Shown: in pieces, positions 57,746-64,000 of the stretch
How positions within the stretch are numbered: the first letter of the stretch is position 1
Layout of the letters: every line of letters starts with the position of its first letter
DNA from: Octopus vulgaris
Taxonomy: Eukaryota
Length of the DNA: 64,000 nt
Reading direction: 5' to 3'
NCBI GenBank assembly: GCA_951406725.2
Contig: OX597814.1
Location: 9,672,001 to 9,736,000 of the forward strand
The notes under the pieces: model-generated
Told to the model about the DNA's origin: nothing
The model's input: only the letters and a program-made list of their open reading frames with translations
Database searches by the model: none
Translations under genes and position numbers: made by a program

Positions 57746-58869
57746 TGATAATAATAATAATATCAACTATAGCAACTACCATACTTGTCATATATCATTG
57801 GTTTGAGAAACTATTTCAAAGTTGGTTTTACTATTGATCAACCAGATCTACTTGAGTAGAAAAATAGGATTATCGACAAAGTGTTCGATTGAGTTATTTA
57901 CTGGTGGTAATTTTTTTTCTATTATGACCATGTCATGAAGTTGAGGAATTAAAAATAGTATTCTTCACTTTAAAGGAAGTAGCAGAGTTTATAGTAAATA
58001 AAGTTTGGTTGTTACTTTGAGCTTGTCGACCGGCCACAGAAGATCCTCCTCCTCCTCTTCCTCCTCCTCATCCTCTCTCTCTTTTTTGGTCAATATTTTG
58101 GTGAAGTTACAACCAAATAATTACTCAGGAGCATAATGTCTGATGAAGTGACGCCTGCAACTAGTCCCTTCTGGGATTACTTTCCACTGAATAGAACTGT
58201 TACGATAATCTTAGTGAAGGGGACATTTGTCTTTTAAACTCTTAGCAGTACGAGAAAATGAGATAAGCATCGCTCCCATGAGTCATCATGGCGTTGTTGG
58301 ATAAAGATTTATATTTCTTTAGAATTTCACTCCAAAAAAAAAAGCTATCAAATTTCAGTTGAGTAAAATGGATGAACTTGATTTTAAGATAGGAGATCCT
58401 TAGGGGAAGAAGCCGAGGTCAATGATAATGACAGCGATAGTGATCATGACGACGATGAAGATGATGTTGATATTGAAGATGAAGGTAGTAAATAGCGCTA
58501 AATATCTTCTTTCTCTTGATAATGGAGAGAGAATAGAAATATGTTGAACAACGAGAGAAAAGAACTGGTGAACGAGAGAAAGAAGTGAAAGATACGTAGT
58601 AAAAGATAAGATGATGTAATGCATAAAACTGTGCAAGACAAATTGTTTCTCCTTGGAAAGTGTCGTCTGCAAATTGAAGACGACATTGTTACATTGATCT
58701 TCTGACATTGACCTCCTATCTGACGACGTGTCATTTCATTGTCGAAATTGCACTTTAACCACCGCCGAGAAAACGGAGAAAGAAAGAGCAAAGACTAATA
58801 GTAAAGACTACAGGAGAAAGGAGTAGACATTTCATATAAATACATACATATATATAATATATATATACA

Positions 58870-58917
<48 letters not shown>

Positions 58918-59103
58918 ATATATGCATGTATATATAAATATATATAAATATATATATGATATATATGCATGTATATATAAATATATATATATACATACAT
59001 ATATACATACATACATATACATATGTATATATATATATATATATATGATATATATGTATGTATATATAAATATATATATATATATATACACATATATACA
59101 TAC

Positions 59104-59202
<99 letters not shown>

Positions 59203-60312
59203 TTTGTGTATGTGTGCATGTATATAGTATATATGTGTTTGTGTGAGAAAGGGAGGGAGAAAGAGAGAGGAAGTGATAGGGAAAGTAAGAGCAGAAAGAG
59301 AAGGGGAATGTCAGAGATGTAGATGGAAAATATATAAAAATAAATAGCATAGCTATATATTTATATGCTTATATAGTAGCAGTCCGGGTCAACAATCACT
59401 GCGCCACCGTCTCTCATCAGGGCGGATGCAATAAGGTTAATAAGAAGCAATATGTGATACATTCATCAACATCGATGATCACACAGACTTCAACGTAGAA
59501 CATCCCGGCTAGAAAAGATTTCTTCGACTGGATTTACTACTTAAAAGTACAGAATTGTTTATAGGAAAGCGATCTGCAGAAGTCTGCTTGTCTTCTAAAA
59601 TCGGCTTTCCGTATAAGGCATATGAGACATTTCGGCAAAGCAGTTTGGCGCCGCGTATTTAATGTCAATGACTAGAATCTGACTTACTTGACATTAGGCG
59701 TTTTAATGTTTCTTTCGTTTTATTATTCTTCTCAATCTCTCTCTCCAGTTCTCTGTGACTCTCTGTCTATGTGTGTGAGCGTCTAGTTGTGTTTGTATGT
59801 CTGTGTAATGTTTCTCCCCCACTCTATCTCTCACTCTCTTTAACGGTTTATGTAATTTCTGCATACATACGTATGTTTAACTCCAGCTCCGAGATATATA
59901 GTTGTCAAAGCAAATTGAATGCGTAGTCAACCGCGCCAAATCGTCAGCGTCCGAACAGCTGCACCCTATCGTCTCATTTCATTCCACAAGTGGCAACAGC
60001 CGACTGCATACGAGATACGTCCCGGTGTGGCTTTCTAATTCACTGATTTTATATTCGTCACTACTTCAAGCAAATTACAACACCCGTTTATCTCCCTTTT
60101 CTCTCCTTCAATACACACACAAACACGCACACATACTCACATGTCGTGCCATGAACCCTCGATTTCCGATGGTGTGGTAGGGGCTCCGTCTTACTATATA
60201 TCATAATTGGGCATTTGAAAACCTGACGGTATCAATCCGTTTCCTTGTCTGATTATATAAAAGAAGCGAGCAAAGGAGAGAAAAATGGAGGCGGAAAGAG
60301 AAAGATAGACAG

Positions 60313-60361
<49 letters not shown>

Positions 60362-60406
60362 GTGTGTGAGGGGAGAAATAGAGAGCGAGGGAAATATCTA
60401 CGTATC

Positions 60407-60668
60407 ACGCGTCTGAAAGGATTGGAGACAAACACTTTCCTCTCTGGTCAATCTCTCATCAACTTCTACAAGTACCACTTGAAAAGGAAAGTGAGAGTAG
60501 AGAGGCAAGTTTTGTCTAGCGAATGTTTCAGAAAAAGTTGGGTAAATGTAGCAAGGCTGGCACGTATGAATAACGAAGCCACCTTGAGCATGATCCTATG
60601 AACCCAGAAATTGAAAACAGAGAGTTGCTTATTCGCAAAAAAAAAAAAAAGAAATATAACATGTGACT
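60407..60668 (+). mobile_element. Internal fragment of the second Tx1 family (ORF2 C-terminus)
   Basis: TRLKGLETNTFLSGQSLINFYKYHLKRKVRVER vs ORF2 TRTKGIVTGTFVSGQGLINFFSYHLSSKIRLEK. Confidence 0.85.
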
Positions 60669-61513
60669 CCACGCGTGAGGGGGAGAGAGAGAGAAAACGT
60701 AAGAGAGAAAAAAGAAAGAAAACGAAAAAGCTAGATAAAGTTATAGAGAGAAGGTGAGCGAAAGAGAAAGTGAGTGAGAGAGAGAGAGAGAATGAGAGAG
60801 GGGGAGGAAGAGAAAGCCTTGTAGACGGACAGGCAGACAGATTGACAGAAAGCAAGTAAATATCATGAATAAGGATAGTATAATATTAGATTAAGGCGAG
60901 AAGAGCAATGGATAAAGGAACAAAAATTCAGCAGTAAACATTAAAACATTAAAGAAAGCATACAATTATATAGTTATTTGTATTTATGTATTAGAACTGA
61001 TTTAAGTATGTACTTTCTGTGAGTATGATAAAGTAATTCGAGATCTGTTTTACTATGGTGTAACGAAGAGCCAGATATACTACTACAGATAAGATCGGTT
61101 TTGGAAATGAAATAAACGATAGAGCAGATATGTCGGATGTTACAAAGGCGGGAAACATGTGTAGCAAAAAAAAAATGGAAGTAAAAAGGAAGGAAAAGAA
61201 CAGAGATAGGAAGAAGAGGAAACAAGGAATGAAAGAAGGAAAGAAAACAAGGGAGAAGGAGGGAGTATGTACAATAGCAGACATGAAAGGTCAACATCGA
61301 AAAATTACAGAATGAAACTCATTTGAAAGTGAAAGTAGACTCAAACAGATGCAAAAAAAGGGGTGAAGTCAGTTGAAGTGAAAGTATATTTTGCAAAATA
61401 AGAGTGACTGATAAAGGGAGAGAATAAATATTCAAGAAACCAAACAAACAAACAAACAATGAAAAAATGAAAATGGATAAATAATGAAATAGGAGAGGAA
61501 GATATAGACGCAT

Positions 61514-61568
<55 letters not shown>

Positions 61569-61715
61569 TATTTATAATATATATATACATATTTATATAT
61601 ATATATATATCTACATATATGTGAGTGTATGTAGGTGTATATATATATGTATATATAGTCACAAATACACACATATATGTATGCACATATCAATATCAAT
61701 CAATCTATCTGTCTG

Positions 61716-61770
<55 letters not shown>

Positions 61771-62984
61771 GTCTATATATCTGTCTGTCTATTTCTCCCT
61801 CACACGTACACACAGACAAGCTAGTAAATATATGGATATATAGGTGTGGATAGATAAATATATAGCTTAAAATTAAATGCGTATTCACACACACACACAA
61901 GGATACGCTCACATGCATATGCATCCGCAAACACACGCAGACACACACGTTCCTGTGCATACATATTTTGCTTACATACACACGTACAAATACCGCAAAA
62001 ATTAATAGGAAATAGAGAGAGAGATGGGGAGACCGAGAGGGAATCTTGGTATTTAAACAGAAAAAATGAGAGAGAGAGAGGGAAAGAGAGAGAGAGAGAG
62101 AGAGAGGAAGGGAGAGAAGGAGAGAGTGAAAGAATGAGAGGGAAAGAAAGAGAGGGGTGGTGGTTGAAGAAATTAAATAAAAGATTAGCACGGGAGAACT
62201 GGAATTAAGAGAGAGTCGTTTAGAACTGAAGAAAAATGAATTAAAAGCAAAATGTGAAAATTAAATAAAGAATATAAGAAAGGACAAGGAAAAATATGGC
62301 GTCTAATGGAAATGTTTGCGAGAAAACGATATGTACTGCTAATGAGTGTGATTATATTGTAATGAAGACGATGTGGAAAGCTCAATATTACTGTGAAAGA
62401 CAGCGCAAACAGAGATTTGGCGTATTATTTAGATTGTTTATCGGATCAACAACTAGGAATTGTTTTGAAAATGTGACAGGAAGTTGTAAAAGATTTTTTA
62501 AAAAAAAAACCCCTTCAAAACAATTGTAAAAACAGCAATAACAAATACATGGAAGCGTTTGAGGGGTTTAGAAAAGGAATTTGATGTGCGCGTGTGCGTG
62601 TTTGTGTATGTGGAGAAAGGGTTGATTTTTCTGGAATAAATAAATAATCGGGAATCGCTTGTTTATAAACTTATGCATTGATTTGCTTATTTGGCTTTCT
62701 CATTCATTCGTGTTTCCTTTTTCTCTTTCTCCTTTTCTACCCCCTCCCCACCTCATTCGCTTTTCACATTTTTATTCCGTCTATTCTACTAAACACCCTT
62801 AGATAACTCTTTATTTGCATTACATACATTCATAACATAGATACACATATACATATATATATATATATATGCACACACACACACACATATATACATAAAC
62901 ATACGTGCGTACACGCACGTATACATACACAGAGTTTGAAAATTCATTTTCAGCTTCAATAAGATGCGCGCGTATATATATATA

Positions 62985-63380
62985 CTAGCAGTATCGCCCG
63001 GCGTTGGTCGGGTTTGTAAGGGAAATAACTATATAAGCATTTTTAGAGAGTTATAGCCAAAATATAGCAAAAAAAGCAGTAAAAATGGAAAAAAAATTAT
63101 GGTAATTTTTTAAAAATCGTTGACTCATCGTAGACATTTTTAGAGAGTTACTTCCCTTATATAATAGCGAAAACAATGCATTAAATAGAAAAAAAATGAT
63201 GGTAAATTTTTTTTTAAATCGTAGACTCATCGTAGACGCGCGCTAATACCCAGAAGGGCTCGATATGAATCACGACTATAAGATACCCGGTTTTGGTTAA
63301 ACTGCACCGCAAAATGTGGGAGTAGTTAGGAATCTAAATCGTAGGAGACAGACACACAACTTGACTTTTATATATAAAGA
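62985..63380 (-). mobile_element. Non-autonomous Helitron (same family as 19892-20285)
   Basis: TC...hairpin-CTAG termini, A|T insertion beside (TA)n. Confidence 0.85.
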
Positions 63381-63767
63381 TATATCAAATACAAAAGGGA
63401 CAAGAACGCAAAACATCCGGACAACTAGGTGATACAAAATGGGACAAAAAAACATCCAGATCGACGATACAAAAAAACAAGGACGGGTCATTCGAAGCGT
63501 CCGGATCATCCTCGCAATTTCGGCTGATATACATGTATATCAGTGGCGATTCTGGCACTCGGGCCGTTCGGGCTTAGCCGGAGTATAAATTTAGTAAAGT
63601 GAGTGTGTATTTGCAAGCTGATTTAGTTTCTACCAACACTGACTTCAAGTATGTAATTCCAGCCAATAACCCGAGCTCTTTTATTGAGCCTGGTCGCAGT
63701 TCATTTATTTTCTTTCAGCGTCTGGCGGTCGCCTTAGACGTGCCCTGTGTCAAAAAATGTCTTTCAT

Positions 63768-64000
63768 AAGGCGGAGAACTGATAGAAACGTTAGCACACC
63801 GGGCGAATGCTTAGCGGTATTTCGTCAGCCGCTACGTTCTGAGTTCAAATTCCGCCGAGGTCGACTTTGCCTTTCATCCTTTCGGGGTCGATTAAATAAG
63901 AACCAGTTACGCACTGGAGTCGATATAATCGACTTAATCCGTTTGTCTGTCCTTGTTTGTCCCCTCTGTGTTTAGCCCCTTGTGGGTAGTAAAGAAATAG
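63768..64000 (+). mobile_element. SINE family A, full length (ends at window edge)
   Basis: A/B boxes and 3' tail TTTGTCTGTCCTTGTTTGTCCCCTCTGTGTTTAGCCCCTTGTGGGTAGTAAAGAAATAG. Confidence 0.92.

Noticed and set aside
59630-59955. Opposed TTTGGCGC / GCGCCAAA motifs (E2F-like) in a patchy inverted repeat
   Set aside because: The match is too degenerate and no gene start supports a promoter call; could be an old MITE.
63541-63760. CAGTGGCGATTCT start resembling a DNA-transposon terminus
   Set aside because: No matching second TIR or TSD within the window.

Overview
Eukaryotic, repeat-saturated, AT-rich non-coding DNA. The microsatellite density and tRNA-derived SINE families suggest an octopus (coleoid cephalopod); that is inferred from repeat recognition, not from a search. 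No confident host protein-coding gene was found. The only intact coding unit is a full-length, apparently young Tx1-clade (L1 group) non-LTR retrotransposon on the minus strand (3285-8723; ORF1 with zinc knuckle, ORF2 APE-RT-CCHC, 16-bp TSD). It is nested in a tRNA-SINE that is itself nested in an old LINE. The best signal is a SINE/LINE partnership readable within the window. A young tRNA-SINE family ('family A', my label) ends in a 3' tail that shares an exact 26-mer and a positionally conserved small hairpin with this Tx1's 3' UTR; a second Tx1 lineage has a similar tail. Family A also repeatedly inserts at GGTATT, including into its own older relatives. Also present: a nest of R4/Dong-like RLE retroelement 3' ends in (TAA)n, Penelope-like relics with minimal hammerhead ribozyme motifs, a 5-kb (TTA)n array with higher-order structure, Helitron, mariner and piggyBac relics, long hairpins and local templated duplications. 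SINE family letters A-D are working labels.
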